Notes: generated by a model from the sequence alone, not told the origin. Shown: positions 10,152-22,343, counted from the first letter of the stretch. The stretch: DNA of 64,000 nt from Hydrurus foetidus (GCA_900617105.1 UYFQ01000506.1:186001-250000), one strand, 5' to 3'. A program made the numbers and translations.

Positions 10152-12871
10152 ATGGTGATCTCGCAGACCTTGCGGCGTACGGCCTTGATGGCCGGCGCTT
10201 CAGCCCTGTCCTTCTTCCTGGCGCTGCCTGCAGCGGCCCAGACCGCGTCGCCGCCAGCGCAAGATGGCGCCACCATCGACGAGCTGGTTGTCACCGCCCA
10301 GAGGCGGGAGGAAAGACTGCAGGATGTGCCGATCGCGGTTTCGGCCTTCTCCAACGACATGCTCCGTCGTCAGAAGATCGACGGCGGCCCGAACCTGCAG
10401 CTTGCGATTCCGAATGTCACCTTCGCCAAGAGCTTCTACAGCGGGTACAATTTCCAGATCCGCGGCATCGGCACCAAGCAGACGGCCGTAACGGGCGACA
10501 GCTCCACGGGCGTGCACTTCAATGGCGCGCCGCTGACGTCCAACCGCCTGTTCGAAGCTGAGTTCTTCGACGTCGAGCGCGTGGAAGTCCTGCGCGGTCC
10601 GCAAGGCACCCTCTACGGACGCAACGCCACCGGCGGCGTGGTCAACGTTCTGAGCGCCAAGCCTACCGGCGAGTTCGAGGGCATGCTGCGGGCCGATGTC
10701 AGCAACTATGACGGCCGTAAGCTGAAAGGCATGATCAATATCCCGCTGGCCGGCGACAAGCTGGACCTGCGTCTGGCCGGCGCGACCCTTAACCGCGGCG
10801 GCTTCGTCGACAATCTGGGCACCGGCGACAAGGTCGATGACCGCGATCTCTACTCCTTCCGGGCCAGCCTGCGCTGGCGCCGACCTCGACCGTCGACGCC
10901 AACTTCGTCTGGCAGCACTTCAAGGCAGGACGCCCGTCTGCGCACGGGCAAGGGTCTCTGCACGCGACAATGGCCCAAGCTCGTTGGGCAACACTGCGAT
11001 CACCAACGCCACGGTTCGCGGGTTCCTGAGCGCGGGCTGCGCTGACGCGTCAGTCTATAACGCCGCCGCCTATGGCACGCCCAACTCGCTGGCCACCCTG
11101 TACGGCATCATCGGGTTCGCGCGCGGCCTGACCAGTGGCGACGTCTATGGCGGAACCCAGCCCCAAGGCCTGGACGTGATCGACTCGGCCATGAACCCCT
11201 CTTACCGGGCCGAAGAAGACGTGTTCACGCTGAACGTCGCGTGGGACATCAATGACAACCTGCAGTTCAACTCGCTGACGTCGTACTACGACGGCGAACT
11301 GGACGCGCGCCAGGAGATGAACCGCTTCCAGGCCTCGACGGTGTTCAACAACACCGCCCTGGCGCCCGGAGGTCTGGTGAACGATCCCAGCTGGGGGCCT
11401 CCAACCGGATGTCGGTGTCTGACCGCATCACCACGCCCTCGCGCCAGTGGAGTCAGGAGCTGCGCCTGCAGTCCAGCTTCGACGGCCCCCTGAACTTCAG
11501 CCTCGGCGGCCTGGCGCTGCGCTACGACGTGGTCCAGTCGTTCTACATCATGTCGAACGCCTTCACCTATGCGGCGAGGGTGGCCAATGGCGGCGCGACC
11601 TGCGCCCCGGGCGGGACCTGCGTCTATATCGATCCGAACCGTGTGCCGACCGGCCAGGGTCATGGCAACTATCTGAGCTTCCAGCCCTACCATCTGGACT
11701 CGAACGCCCTGTTCGGCGAGGTCTACTACGAGGCCACACCGGCGCTGAAGTTCACGGTCGGCCTGCGCTATACCGATGACAAGAAGACGCTGGACAACTT
11801 CCCCGTCAAACTCCTGACGCCGGGCAGTGGACTGACCCCAGGAACGCCGCGGCAACTGACGGCTCAGTTCAAGAAGTTCACCGGCCGTGCGGGTTTCGAC
11901 TGGAAGCCCGCCCTCAGCTTACCGACGACTCCTGATCTACGGGTTCTACTCGCGCGGCTACAAAGGCGGCCCCAACAATATCGGTGGTCGCAACGCTCAA
12001 GCCGTTCACGAGCCGGAATACGTCAATGCCTTGAGCTGGGCAGCAAGAACACCCTGCTGGCGGAGCCCTGGTCCTGAACGGTCGGCCTTCTTCTACGACT
12101 ACAAGGGCTACCAGATCTCGAAGTTCGTGAACCGGATTTCCGTCACCGAGAATATCGACGCCGAGATCAAGGGCCTTGAGCTGGAAGCCGTCTGGCAGCC
12201 TGTGAAGCACTTCCGCCTGAACGGAACCCTGGGTCTGCTCGACACCAAGATCAAGACCAGCAGGTCCATCGATCCGATGAACCGCACCGGCAACAATCGA
12301 GCCTGACCCTGGTCAGACCTCAGGCGCGGCAGCGGCTGCGTGGTGCCGACGGCCATTGGCAGGCAACCTGCTGGCGGTCATCCAGCAGAAGCCGGGCACA
12401 GCCACCGTCGCCGGCGTCTCGGGCAATCCGGCGGCGTTGCCTGGGCGCTTGTGCGGGCAGCTTCGCGACCTCGTTCGGCGTGACGCCCACCGATGGCGTG
12501 GCGGCCAAGCTGAAGGGCAATCAACTGCCGGGCTCGCCGCATTGGACGGAGCTCCATCGGTGCTCAGTACTCCTTCGACGTCCTGGACGGCTGGGAAGGC
12601 ACTGTGCGTGGCGACTATTACCGCCAGGGCAAGTCCCACGCCCGGGTCTTCAACACGCCAGTGGATCAGATCAGGGCTGGGCGAACGCCAGCCTTTCGTT
12701 CCCGCGTCGTCAATGACGAGCGCGGCCTGGAGACTGGAGGCCTATGTGAAAAACCTCCTCAACAAGCGCTCGATCACCGATGTATTCCTGATGGACGAAG
12801 CGCTCGGTCAGATCGCCAACGCGGTCTTCGAGCCGCGCATCATCGGCGTGTCGCTCCAGAAAACCTTCTAG
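10152..12871 (+). CDS. TonB-dependent receptor (frameshifted)
   Basis: Signal peptide, IDELVVTAQRREERLQDVPIAV, VERVEVLRGPQGTLYGRNATGGVVN, C-terminal GVSLQKTF. Confidence 0.95.
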
Positions 12872-12896
12872 TCCTCCCAAAATTCCTCGGACACCT

Positions 12897-12924
12897 GGCG
12901 GCGGTCGAAAGACCGCCGTCTTTT
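12897..12924 (+). terminator. Intrinsic terminator
   Basis: GGCGGCGGTC-GAAA-GACCGCCGTC-TTTT just after the receptor stop. Confidence 0.85.
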
Positions 12925-12934
12925 ACTGCCTTGC

Positions 12935-12948
12935 ATCACGTCGGTGAT
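12935..12948. promoter_or_regulatory. Operator-like palindrome ATCACGTCGGTGAT, copy 6
   Basis: Perfect arms; lies after the terminator and upstream of SDR 13061. Confidence 0.7.
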
Positions 12949-13060
12949 GTTTTCGGTTCGTGAAAGGCGCAAGCGCGGGCGGAGTGGGCAAAGCGGGCTG
13001 ATCATGAACTCAAGCTGATCGGAGCTCTTCGCCGGTCGAAAAATGCTGCAGGAGGAAACG

Positions 13061-13818
13061 ATGGGTGGTCGCCTAAAGGACGGGTCGCTGCGGTGACGGG
13101 CGCTTCGAGGGGCTTAGGCCGGGCGACCGCAGCCATGCTCGCCGCCGAGGGGCGGTGGTCGCCTATGCTGGATCAGAAGGCGCACTGGGCCCAGGCGGCG
13201 GCCGACGAGATCATCGCTGCTGGCGGGCAGGCCGTGGGACTGGGCTGCGACGTCTCCGACCGCGAGGCGCTGACCGCGACCATGGGCTCGATCCATGAGC
13301 AGCACGGCCGCTTCGACGTTCTGGTGAACAACGCCATGTGGAACGTCTATGAGCCCCTGGACGCCATCCGGCCGGAAAGTCTGGACCGCATGATCGGCGT
13401 GGGCTTCTCGGGCGTGATCTGGGGCATGCAGGCCGCAGCCCCGCTGATGGCCACATCGGGCGGCGGCTCGATCATCAACATCGCGTCGGTCAGCGCGCTT
13501 CTGGGTATCCCGAACGGCATCGCCTACTGCGGCGTCAAGGCCGCCGTCGCCGGCATGACCCGCGCGGCCGCCGCCGAGCTCGGCACCCTGAACATCCGCG
13601 TCAACGCCGTGGCGCCGTCGACGGTGGACACCGAGGGCGTGCGCAGGGTGGTCTCCGAAGAGCGCATCGCCATGCGGATCGGTCAGACCCCGCTGGGGCG
13701 GCTTGGCACGACCGAGGACATCGCCAAGGCGGTCCGCTACCTGGCTTGCGACGACAGCGACTTCGTCACGGGCCAGATGCTCACCGTCGATGGCGGTCTC
13801 GCCACCGCCCTGTCCTGA
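13061..13818 (+). CDS. SDR family oxidoreductase
   Basis: GGAGGA RBS then ATG 13061; TGASRGLG, NNA, YCGVK, VDGG. Confidence 0.92.
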
Positions 13819-13913
13819 AAGCCGCTGCGTCGGATGACATCATCCGACGCAGGCGAATTCTCACTCACAGATCTGCGCGCGCCGGGGAGGCGGATCAAGC
13901 CCCCGGCGCGCTT

Positions 13914-15058
13914 TCATCCGGGCGGCGGTGCGCCCGGCTTCAGGCTGGCTGCCAGCTCGGTGCGGTGATGGTCGGCATTGCCGAACGCCATGTCGATCAT
14001 GATCAGGCGCTTGAGGTAGTGGGCTACCGCCAGCTCCTCGGTAAAGCCGACGCCACCGTGAAGTTGCACGGCCTGACGTCCCACATAGAGGCTGGTCTGG
14101 CCGACGCGGGCCTTGGCCGCCGAGATCACCTTGCGGCGTTCGGCGGGGGCTCCCGACAGGGCGATGGTCGCCAGGTACATCATCGAGCGGGCCTCCTCGC
14201 AGGCGATCGCCATGTCGACCGCGCGATGCTGCAGCGCCTGAAACCGCGAGCGTCTGGCAAACTGCTTGCGGGTCTTGGTATTCCAGGGTCATCTCGCGGA
14301 CGGCGTCCATGGCCCCGACAGCTTCAGCCAGACGGGCGACCACGCCACGATCGACGGCGTCACGCAGCAGCGGAAAGCCGTCGCCAGCCACCGATCAGGG
14401 GTCGCGACAGCAGCCAGGAGGCCATCCAGTTTCAGGCTGGCGTTGTGGCGGTTATCCATGGCGCGGCTGCGCATGACCGTCAGGCCCGCCGCGTCGGCCG
14501 GGACCAGGAAGAGGCTCACGCCGTCCGCGCTGTCGTCCGCGCCCGCCGTCCGGGCCGGCACGATGAACCAGTCGGCCGAGCCGCCGTCCAGGGCGTGGCT
14601 TTTCTCGCCGGTGAGCCGGAAGCCGCCTTCCACCGCTTCAGCGCGGGTGGCGATGCGGTTGAGGTCGAAGCGGCCGCCAGGTTCCGCGTCGGCCAGGCTG
14701 ATGACGACCTTGCCCTCGATCAGTCCCGAGGAGAGGTCCGCACGGACGCTTTCGGTGGCGGCGGCGAGCAGGATCGGCGCGATGACGCCGGTCGAGATAA
14801 ACGGCTCAAGCATCAGATAGCGGCCCATCGCCTCGGCCACGACCATGGTTTCCACCGGGCCCGCGCCCAGGCCGCCGTCGTCCTCGGGGACGTTCAGGGC
14901 CAGCCATCCCAGATCGGCGATCTGCCGCCAGCTGGCCGCGTCGTAGGCCTCACCGCGATCGGCCCGGGCGCGCCAGGCAGTAAAGTCGCCATGGTCGGCG
15001 CCGTAGCGCCAGGCGCTGTCTTTCAGGAGCTGCTGCTCTTCGCAGAATCGAAGTTCAT
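13914..15058 (-). CDS. Acyl-CoA dehydrogenase, short partner subunit (PimD-like)
   Basis: VETMVVAEAMGRYLMLEPF, GFRLTGEK, QAVQLHGGVGFTEELAVAHYLKRL. Confidence 0.88.
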
Positions 15059-15065
15059 GGGGACC

Positions 15066-16236
15066 TCAGAGACCGAGCGCCCGGCGGGCGATGATGTTGC
15101 GTTGGATTTCGTTGGAGCCGCCGTAGATGCTGGTGACCCGGGAATAGATCATCCCCTTGGCCGGCCAGGCCTCGGGCGCCTCGAACGGACCGAGCGGCGC
15201 AAAGGCCATGGCGTCGTAACCCTGCAGCTCGACCCAATACTCGGTGATCTGCTGCAGGAGTTCGGACCAGCGGATCTTGATCATCGAGGCCCGGGCCCCG
15301 GGTCACTTACCGGAGGTCGCCTCGGCCATTGTCCGCATGACCACATGGCTTCAGGGGCCATCACTTCCAGTTCGAACTGAGCCAGGCGGTCGGCAACGCG
15401 GGGATCGTCGAGCAGGCTGCGTCCGCCGACGACAGTCTCCGCTGCGACCTTGCGGGCGCCGCGCAGCTGTTGGGCCAGGCGCATTGTGGTTGCGGCGGTG
15501 ACCCCGCGCTCGCGGTCCAGCAGGACCTTGCCGTAGCTCCAGCCCATGCCTTCCTCGCCCAGCAGGGCCGAGGGCGGAACACGCACATTGTCGAGACCTC
15601 GTTGGTGTGGTGGATCTCGTCCATCGTGACCACGGGACGGATCGTTACGCCCGGCGTGTCGATATCGATCAGGAACAGCGAAATGCCGGCCTGCTTGCGG
15701 GCGTCCGGGTCGGTGCGGGCCAGCAGGAACATCCGGTTGGCCACATGGGCGTAGCTGGTCCAGGCCTTCTGGCCGTTGATCACATACTCATTGCCGTCCC
15801 GCACGGCTCGGGTGGACAGCGAAGCCAGGTCAGAGCCGGAGTTGGGTTCCGAATAGCCCTGGCACCACCAGTCGTCGCCCGACACGATGGCCGGCAGGTA
15901 CCTGGCCTTCTGTTCGGGGCTGCCGAACGTGAAGATGATCGGACCGATCAGTTCCAGGCCCTGGTGGAATTGTACGGGGGCGTCGGCGCGCGAGGCCTCG
16001 GTTTCGAAGATGTAGAGCTGCGTCGGGTCCCAGCCCGTGCCGCCGTACGCCTTCGGCCAGGACGGCGCGCCCCAGCCGCGCGCGTGGAGCAGCTTTTGCC
16101 ACCGCGTGAACTCCTCGGGCTCCAGGCGCATGCCGGCGCGGACACGGCTCTTGAAGGACTCGGGGACGTTTTCGGCGAAGAAGGCGCGCACCTCGTCTCG
16201 GAAGGCGGACTGCTCCGGGGTCAGGTCAAGATTCAT
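15066..16236 (-). CDS. Acyl-CoA dehydrogenase, large subunit (PimC-like)
   Basis: WCQGYSEPNSGSDLASL, INGQKAWTS, LLDRERG, SIYGGSNEIQRNIIARRALGL. Confidence 0.92.
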
Positions 16237-16249
16237 GGTTCACTGCGGG

Positions 16250-17122
16250 TCAGAGGAAACAACGGGTCTCGGCGATGCCGCACGCCAAGGCCGTGGAACG
16301 CCATCAGGCGACCGGACGCGTCGACGTCGGTCTTCAGCCGGCCGCCGCTGTCGGAGATCGAGGTCACGTAGAGGATGTCGAGGTCTTCGCCGCCGAAGGC
16401 CGGGCACGGAGCAGAAGGGCGCGGGGCTTTCGACGACCCGATCCAGGCGGCCGTCCGGCGAAATGCGGATCAGCTTCTGGGCCTGAACCAGGGCCAGCCA
16501 GATATAGCCCTCGGCATCGACCGTGGCGCCGTCCGGGCGCTGCTGAAGTCTGTGGTGTCAAAGTCGCGCTTCTGACCCAGTGCGCCGGTCTTGGCGTCAT
16601 AGCTGAACGCCAGAGCCTGTGGCGCAGGCTGTCGGCGAAATAGAGCGTGTCGCCGCTGGGGCTGAAGCAGGTGCTGTTGGCGATCTCGATCGGCTCGGTG
16701 GGAGGACCTCCCGTGAGCCGCCGGCCGAAAGCGATAGAGCTTGCCGATCCGTCCCGTCTCGTTGTGCATCGCCATCGTTCCGGTGACGAAGCGGCCCTGG
16801 CGATCGGCCTTGCCGTCATTGAAGCGTTCGATTGGCGCCAGGGTGTCGGGCAGGGCGATCGGCGTGAAGACGCCGGTGTCCAGCTGGACGCGATAGACCC
16901 CGTCGCGAGGCCGGCGATCAGTTCCCCTGGACGGCCCAGAACCACGCTGCCGATGGGCTTGGGCGCCGGGATCGACGACTGCGCGCCCGTGAACGGGTCA
17001 TAGCGCCAGATGGCCGGCGCCATGCTGTCGACCCAGTAGAGCAGGCCCGCCTCGGCGTCCCACAGCGGCGACTCGCCCAGCAGACAGCGTTCCTTGCCAA
17101 TGATCTCGACGGTGCAGGTCAT
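16250..17122 (-). CDS. SMP-30/gluconolactonase/LRE family protein
   Basis: LLGESPLWDAEAGLLYWVD, NDGKAD...GRF, ANSTCFSPSGDTLYFADS, DGATVDAEGY. Confidence 0.9.
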
Positions 17123-17756
17123 AGGGTGGGTCCCTTGCTGGAGGCGGTCGCGGCGAAGTCCGCGCGGCGATCCTTGGCCTCGCGTATGCGAAGGCTGCGA
17201 CCGCGATTGGCCAGAATGATCTCGCCATTGATGGCCTGGCTCTCGGGCGCGACCAGATAGGCGGCCAGATTTGCGATCTCGCCCGGGGCCGTACTCGCCC
17301 CGTCTTCGGCCAGATCCAGTGCGATGCAGTTGGCGCGATGGCCCGCGCCAAATCCCTCGAGGGTCACGCACCTCATCAGCGCGACATGGGCTCCCGAGAG
17401 GCGCGGGCGTCCGCGGCCCCCCAGGCGCCGAGATAGCCCCGGTCACCGATCAGCACGATCGCGCCGTTGGGATCCAGGCGGCTGAGCAGGGCGCCCAGGC
17501 ATTCGAAGACATCCAGAAAATCGGCCAGCTGGGCATCAAGTCGTTCGTCAGTGATGTCCAGGAACAGGCAAGGCGGCGGGCCCGGCGGCGCGACGATGAC
17601 CGCAGCGGCCAGGCCATGCCCAAGGGCCGTCACCGCCGCCGCGTCCGGCCGTGCCAGCGCCACGACACCGCCGGGGTATCGCTGTCCAGGCGTTCGGCGA
17701 TCGCGTCGGCGACCGGCCCGCGACCAATGACCAGGGTGGGCGAGTTCGAGGCCATC
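17119..17756 (-). CDS. Short degenerate SDR-like protein lacking YxxxK
   Basis: TLVIGRGPVADAIAERL...GAIVLIGDRGYLGAWGAADARA...RANCIA...EIANLAAYLVAPESQAINGEIILANRGRSL; start and stop overlap both neighbours. Confidence 0.7.
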
Positions 17757-18473
17757 ATAGCGGCGGCATCCCCAGGGATTTCCCGCCATCGGCCATCAGG
17801 ACCTGACCATTGACGAAGCTGGCGTCGGGACCGGCCAGGACGCTGACGATCGCGGCGATCTCGGCCGGATCGGCTGGAGCTCCGGTCGGTTCCAGCCTTT
17901 TCAGCGCGCCCAGCATGTCCCCGAAGCCGTCGATCATCCGGGTGTCGACCATGCCGGGGGCGACCGCGTTCACGCGGACGCCGCGCCAGCGCAGCTCGAT
18001 CGCCATCGCCCGGGTCAGCGACACGACGGCGGCCTTGGACGCCACATAGTGGGCGGCGCCGGCCCCGCCGAGATAGCCTCGTGAGGCGATGTTGATGATG
18101 CTGCCGCCGTTCGGCATGCGGCGGACGGCTTCCTGGGCGACCTTGATCGTCGCCAGCAGGTTGATGCTCATCACCCGGTCGCAACTGGCGCGATCCACCT
18201 GACCGATCGGGTCAAGGCCGCTGATCCCGGCGTTGTTGACCAGGACGCTTAGCGTCTCGACACCGTCGAGCGCCTTGGTGACCGCGCCGCGATCACGGCA
18301 GTCGGCGACGGCGGTCCGCGGTCAGCCCGGCCTCGCGCCAGGCGTTCGCGGACCGCGAAGCTGGGTCTCGTCCGCGTCCAGCGCCAGAATGTCAAAGCCG
18401 TCAGCGCCGAGGCGCTCGACGATGGCGCGCCGATGCCCTGGGCCGCCCCGGTGACCATGGCCAGTTGCGGCAT
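17755..18473 (-). CDS. SDR family oxidoreductase (FabG-like)
   Basis: MVTGAAQGIG, NNAG, IINIASRGYLG...HYVASKAAV, VRVNAVAPGMVDT. Confidence 0.92.
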
Positions 18474-18549
18474 GAATTGAAGTCCTCCTCATGGCACCAA
18501 ACGTCAGCCCTTTGTCGGGGCGGGCATTTGATCGTCGGCGACGGCGCTA

Positions 18550-18563
18550 ATCACATGGGTGAT
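18550..18563. promoter_or_regulatory. Operator-like palindrome ATCACATGGGTGAT, copy 7
   Basis: Perfect arms; 77 bp upstream of the SDR-SDR-lactonase-ACAD operon. Confidence 0.7.
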
Positions 18564-18566
18564 GGA

Positions 18567-19669
18567 TCAGACGAGGGTCTCGAGCGCCGCGCGCGTGAAG
18601 CCGACCAGTCCGTTCGTCTCGCCGTCGCGGACCTTTTCCACCCATCGCGGGTCGGCCAGCAGGGCGCGGCCCACCCCGACCAGATCGAAGTCGCCGCGCT
18701 CCAGCATCACGTCGAGCCTGTCGAGGGAGGACGCGCCGATGACATCGACGCCGTCCCGCAAGCTGGCGACGACGTCGCCGTCCAGGCCGACCGAGCCCAC
18801 GGTCATGGTCGGCTTGCCGGTCAGCGTCTTCGTCCAGCCGGCCAGATTGAGCGGCGAGCCCTCGAACTCCGGCTCCCAGAACCGGCGCTGGGAGCAGTCG
18901 AAGACGTCGACCCCCGCATCGGCCAGGGGCTGGAGGAAGGCCGCCAGCTCGTCGGGCGACTGGCAAAGGCGGGCCCTGTAGTCGACCTGCTTGAACTGGG
19001 AGTAGCGAAAGAAGATCGGGAACTCCGGTCCCACCGCAGTCCGGCAGGCCTTGATGACGTCGATGGCGAAGCGCAGCCGATCGGTCATGCCGCCGCCATA
19101 GCGACCGCCGCGCTGGTTGGTCGCCGCCCAGAAGAACTGGTCGATCAGATAGCCGTGGGCGCCGTGGATCTCGACACCGCTGGCCCCGATCGACACCGCG
19201 TCGCGCGCGGCCTTGGCATAGGCCTCGATCGCGGCGCCGATCTCGTTCTCCGTCGCTGGCGCACCGAACCGGGTTCCAGGCTCGTAGATTCCCGAAGGCG
19301 AGAGCGAGGGCGTGTCGGGATTTGGCGGACCCGCCGTCAGCGACCGGTGGCCGCCCATGTGCCAGAGCTGCGGGATGAACGCCGCGCCCGCGGCCTTCAC
19401 CGACGCGGCGATCGTCTTCCATTCTTCAAGCGCCGCGCCATGGAAGTTGGGGATGTCCGGATGGTCGACGGCCGCCGGATGGTCGATGGCGACGCCTTCC
19501 GTGATGATCAAGCCGACGCCAGCCTCGGCGCGGCGGCGATAGTAGTCGCCGACAGCCCGGTCGGGACGCCGGCGGGCGAGAAGCGGCGGGTCATCGGTGA
19601 CATGACCACACGATTTCGAAGCGCGAGGCCCGCAACGGTCGTCGGCGCGAAGAGCGTGGAAGCGGACAC
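18567..19669 (-). CDS. NADH:flavin oxidoreductase (old yellow enzyme family)
   Basis: GGAGGA RBS, GTG start; LRNRVVMSPMTR, QLWHMG, GVEIHGAHGYLIDQF, DLVGVGRALLADP. Confidence 0.93.
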
Positions 19670-19789
19670 GGCGATCCTCCGGATGCGAATGGGGCGTCGA
19701 AGCATCGCGCTTCGGGCGGGCGGCTGTTTCGCCACGACTAGTCGTGGGCGATCGGTGGGCGCATCAAAGTTCGCGCCGGGATCGCGCGC

Positions 19790-19803
19790 ATCACCCACGT
19801 GAT
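19790..19803. promoter_or_regulatory. Operator-like palindrome ATCACCCACGTGAT, copy 8
   Basis: Perfect arms; between divergent OYE and CoA ligase. Confidence 0.7.
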
Positions 19804-19886
19804 TTATGGGCCGGGCGAGGCGGCCGGTGCGGCGGCGATCCCTCCGGCCCATAGACCTTCGAGGAAAGAGACCTCGGGAGGCCGCC

Positions 19887-21485
19887 GTGCACTGGAACTA
19901 TGGAGACATCTTCGACGCGGTCGCGCGCGCCGTCCCGCCCGATCGTCCTGCCCTGATCTGGCGCGATGTGGTTGTCACATGGGGCGAGTTCGACCGCCGC
20001 ACCAACAACCTGGCAAAAGCCATGGTCGATCTCGGCCTCGAACCGGATGCGCGGATCGGCATCCTGTGCCGCAACCATCCCGCCTATCTCGAGTTCCTGG
20101 TAGCCGGCGTGAAGGCTCGCCTGCTGACCGTCAATCTCAACTATCGCTACACGGCCGACGAGATCGCCTACGTGCTGAATGACTGCAACGCGGAGGCGTT
20201 GTTCTATCAGTCGGACTTCGACGCGATGCTGGAGCCGCTGCAGGCCCGCCTGCCGGACGTTCGCGCCTGGGTGCGCATCGAGAACGATCGGTCGCCCGAG
20301 GCGGCCCCCGAAGGCGCGCTGTCCTACGAGACCCTGGCGCGGACCGGCGATGGCCAGCCGCTGGACATCACCCGTTCGGGCGACGACGGCTATCTGCTCT
20401 ACACGGGCGGCACGACCGGCAAGCCCAAGGGCGTCCATTGGTCGACCGACCAATCGCGTCGCGTTCAGCTGGAGTCGCCGCTGATCGCGCGTCCGCCGCA
20501 GTCGATGGACGAGCATGTCGAGGTTGTGCGCGCCACCGACAGCCGCATCATTCCGGCGTGTCCTCTGATGCACGGATCGGGCAGCAACTCGGCCATGGGC
20601 GACCTGCTGAACGGCGGGACGGCGATCATCCTGTCCGGCGACCGGTTCGACGCCGCCCAGCTCTGGCGCGACGTCGAGACGCATCGCGCCACGCGCGTCT
20701 CGATCGTCGGCGACGTCTTCGCAAAGCCCATGCTCAAGGCGCTGGACGACGCGCCGGGCGTCTATGACCTGTCCAGCATGAGGGCGATCAGTTCGGCGGG
20801 GCTGACCTGGTCAAAGGAGGTCAAGGCGGGCCTGTTGCGACACATGCCCAACATCGCGCTCGTCGACATCCTGGGCGCGTCGGAAGCCTCGGGTCTCGGC
20901 TATTCGGTCGCGAGGGCCGGCAAGATCCCCGAGACCGGCGTCTTCGACGCCGCGCCCCTGACGGTGCTGATCGATCCTGACACGGGGACGGTGATGCCGA
21001 AGGACCGTCCGTCCGAGGGCTTCATCGCCCGCAGTGGGTCGATGGCCAATGGCTATTTCTGCGATCCCGAGAAGACCGCCGCCACCTACCGGACGATCGA
21101 CGGCGTGCGCTACGCCGTGCCCGGAGACTTCGCGCGCTGGATGCCGCCCAACCAGTTCACCCTGATCGGGCGGGGCAACCTGTCGATCAACACCGGCGGC
21201 GAGAAGGTCTTCCCCGAGGAGGTTGAGGAGGCCCTGAAGCTTCAGCCGGGCGTGGCCGACGTCCTGGTCGTCGGGCAACCCGACGAGAAGTGGGGCAAGA
21301 TCGTCGTGGCGATCCTCAAGCCCGACGGCCTGTTCGACGAGGCCCGGGTGAGGGCGGGTTTGACCCAGACGCTGTCGGCCTACAAGCACCCCAAGCGCTT
21401 CATTCTGGTGGATACGGTGCCTCGGCAGGAGAGCGGCAAGGCCGACTACCGAACCGCTATCGCTATGGCGGACGAGACCGCCTAG
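19887..21485 (+). CDS. Acyl-CoA synthetase (FadD19-like)
   Basis: Intact frame; YLLYTGGTTGKPKGV, SIVGDVFAKP, AVPGDFA, GRGNLSINTGGEKVFPEEVE. Confidence 0.93.
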   Translation: MHWNYGDIFDAVARAVPPDRPALIWRDVVVTWGEFDRRTNNLAKAMVDLGLEPDARIGILCRNHPAYLEFLVAGVKARLLTVNLNYRYTADEIAYVLNDCNAEALFYQSDFDAMLEPLQARLPDVRAWVRIENDRSPEAAPEGALSYETLARTGDGQPLDITRSGDDGYLLYTGGTTGKPKGVHWSTDQSRRVQLESPLIARPPQSMDEHVEVVRATDSRIIPACPLMHGSGSNSAMGDLLNGGTAIILSGDRFDAAQLWRDVETHRATRVSIVGDVFAKPMLKALDDAPGVYDLSSMRAISSAGLTWSKEVKAGLLRHMPNIALVDILGASEASGLGYSVARAGKIPETGVFDAAPLTVLIDPDTGTVMPKDRPSEGFIARSGSMANGYFCDPEKTAATYRTIDGVRYAVPGDFARWMPPNQFTLIGRGNLSINTGGEKVFPEEVEEALKLQPGVADVLVVGQPDEKWGKIVVAILKPDGLFDEARVRAGLTQTLSAYKHPKRFILVDTVPRQESGKADYRTAIAMADETA

Positions 21486-21488
21486 CCG

Positions 21489-22343
21489 TCAGCGCGGGCG
21501 AGGCGGCCAGGCGTTCATCGACTGGCCGCCGATCGCCATGAGCTCGCCGGTCCGGGCGAACAGGCGGATGTCGCCGTGGGCGAAGCCCGAGCGGATGCCC
21601 TGGATCCGGGCGTCGCAGAGACCCAGTCGGTCTCGACGCGGCGCACCACCCGCAAGGTATTGTCCAGGCTGACGCCGCCCAGACCGCCGCCCAGCGCCTT
21701 GCTCAAGGCGTAGGGCGTGAAGTCCGCGAACAGGGCCAGCACGCTGATATCCATCGGAAAGTCCTGGCGCGCCCGCATCCAGAAGACTACTCGCCCGCTG
21801 TCGGCCAGCCGCCCGGTCGGCTCGGCTTCCGCGAACGCGCCGGGCGCGATGCGCATCTCCAGGGTCTCCAGCAGTGTGCCGGACTCCTGGCCATGAGGCC
21901 AGAGCCTCGCCGTCTCGCAGGCCTCGGGCGGGGAACCTCCGGAGCGCGATCCCAGGCATGGTCCAACGGCTCGTCGCGCACGCCCAGCGCCGCCGAGACC
22001 AGGAAGATTTCCGATCGTCCACGCGTCCGACGACGCGCGCCTGCGAGATCGTCCGTCCGGACCCGGGAACCTCGATGCCCAGTTCCAGGACTTCGCCGGG
22101 GCGGAGGGGACCGAGGAACTGGATCGTCGACCAGATGACCGGGCGCTGGAGATGATCTTCCAGTACCGCCAGGGCCGAGCCGAAAAGCACGCCGCCGAAG
22201 ACGAAGACATTGCCGGGCGGACCGACGCACAGGCGTCTGTCGGCCTTCAGGGTTTGGCGGGGAGAGCCGGGCGCCGCCTCGAAGCGCATCAGGCGCGAGG
22301 GCGGTTCGCTGAGGGCCGTCGCCGCAGTGGTCTCGTCGTTCAT
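21489..22343 (-). CDS. Acyl-CoA thioesterase, TesB-like double hotdog
   Basis: VFGGVLFG, SGRTISQARV, LALFADF, VSLDNTLR, GFAHGDIRLFARTGELMAIGGQS. Confidence 0.85.
   Translation of the reverse strand: MNDETTAATALSEPPSRLMRFEAAPGSPRQTLKADRRLCVGPPGNVFVFGGVLFGSALAVLEDHLQRPVIWSTIQFLGPLRPGEVLELGIEVPGSGRTISQARVVGRVDDRKSSWSRRRWACATSRWTMPGIALRRFPARGLRDGEALASWPGVRHTAGDPGDAHRARRVRGSRADRAAGRQRASSLLDAGAPGLSDGYQRAGPVRGLHALRLEQGAGRRSGRRQPGQYLAGGAPRRDRLGLCDARIQGIRSGFAHGDIRLFARTGELMAIGGQSMNAWPPRPR

Noticed and set aside
13746..15380. 544-aa plus-strand ORF and similar long antisense ORFs (18465-19802, 15607-16371)
   Set aside because: Shadow frames of high-GC genes on the opposite strand; no recognisable motifs
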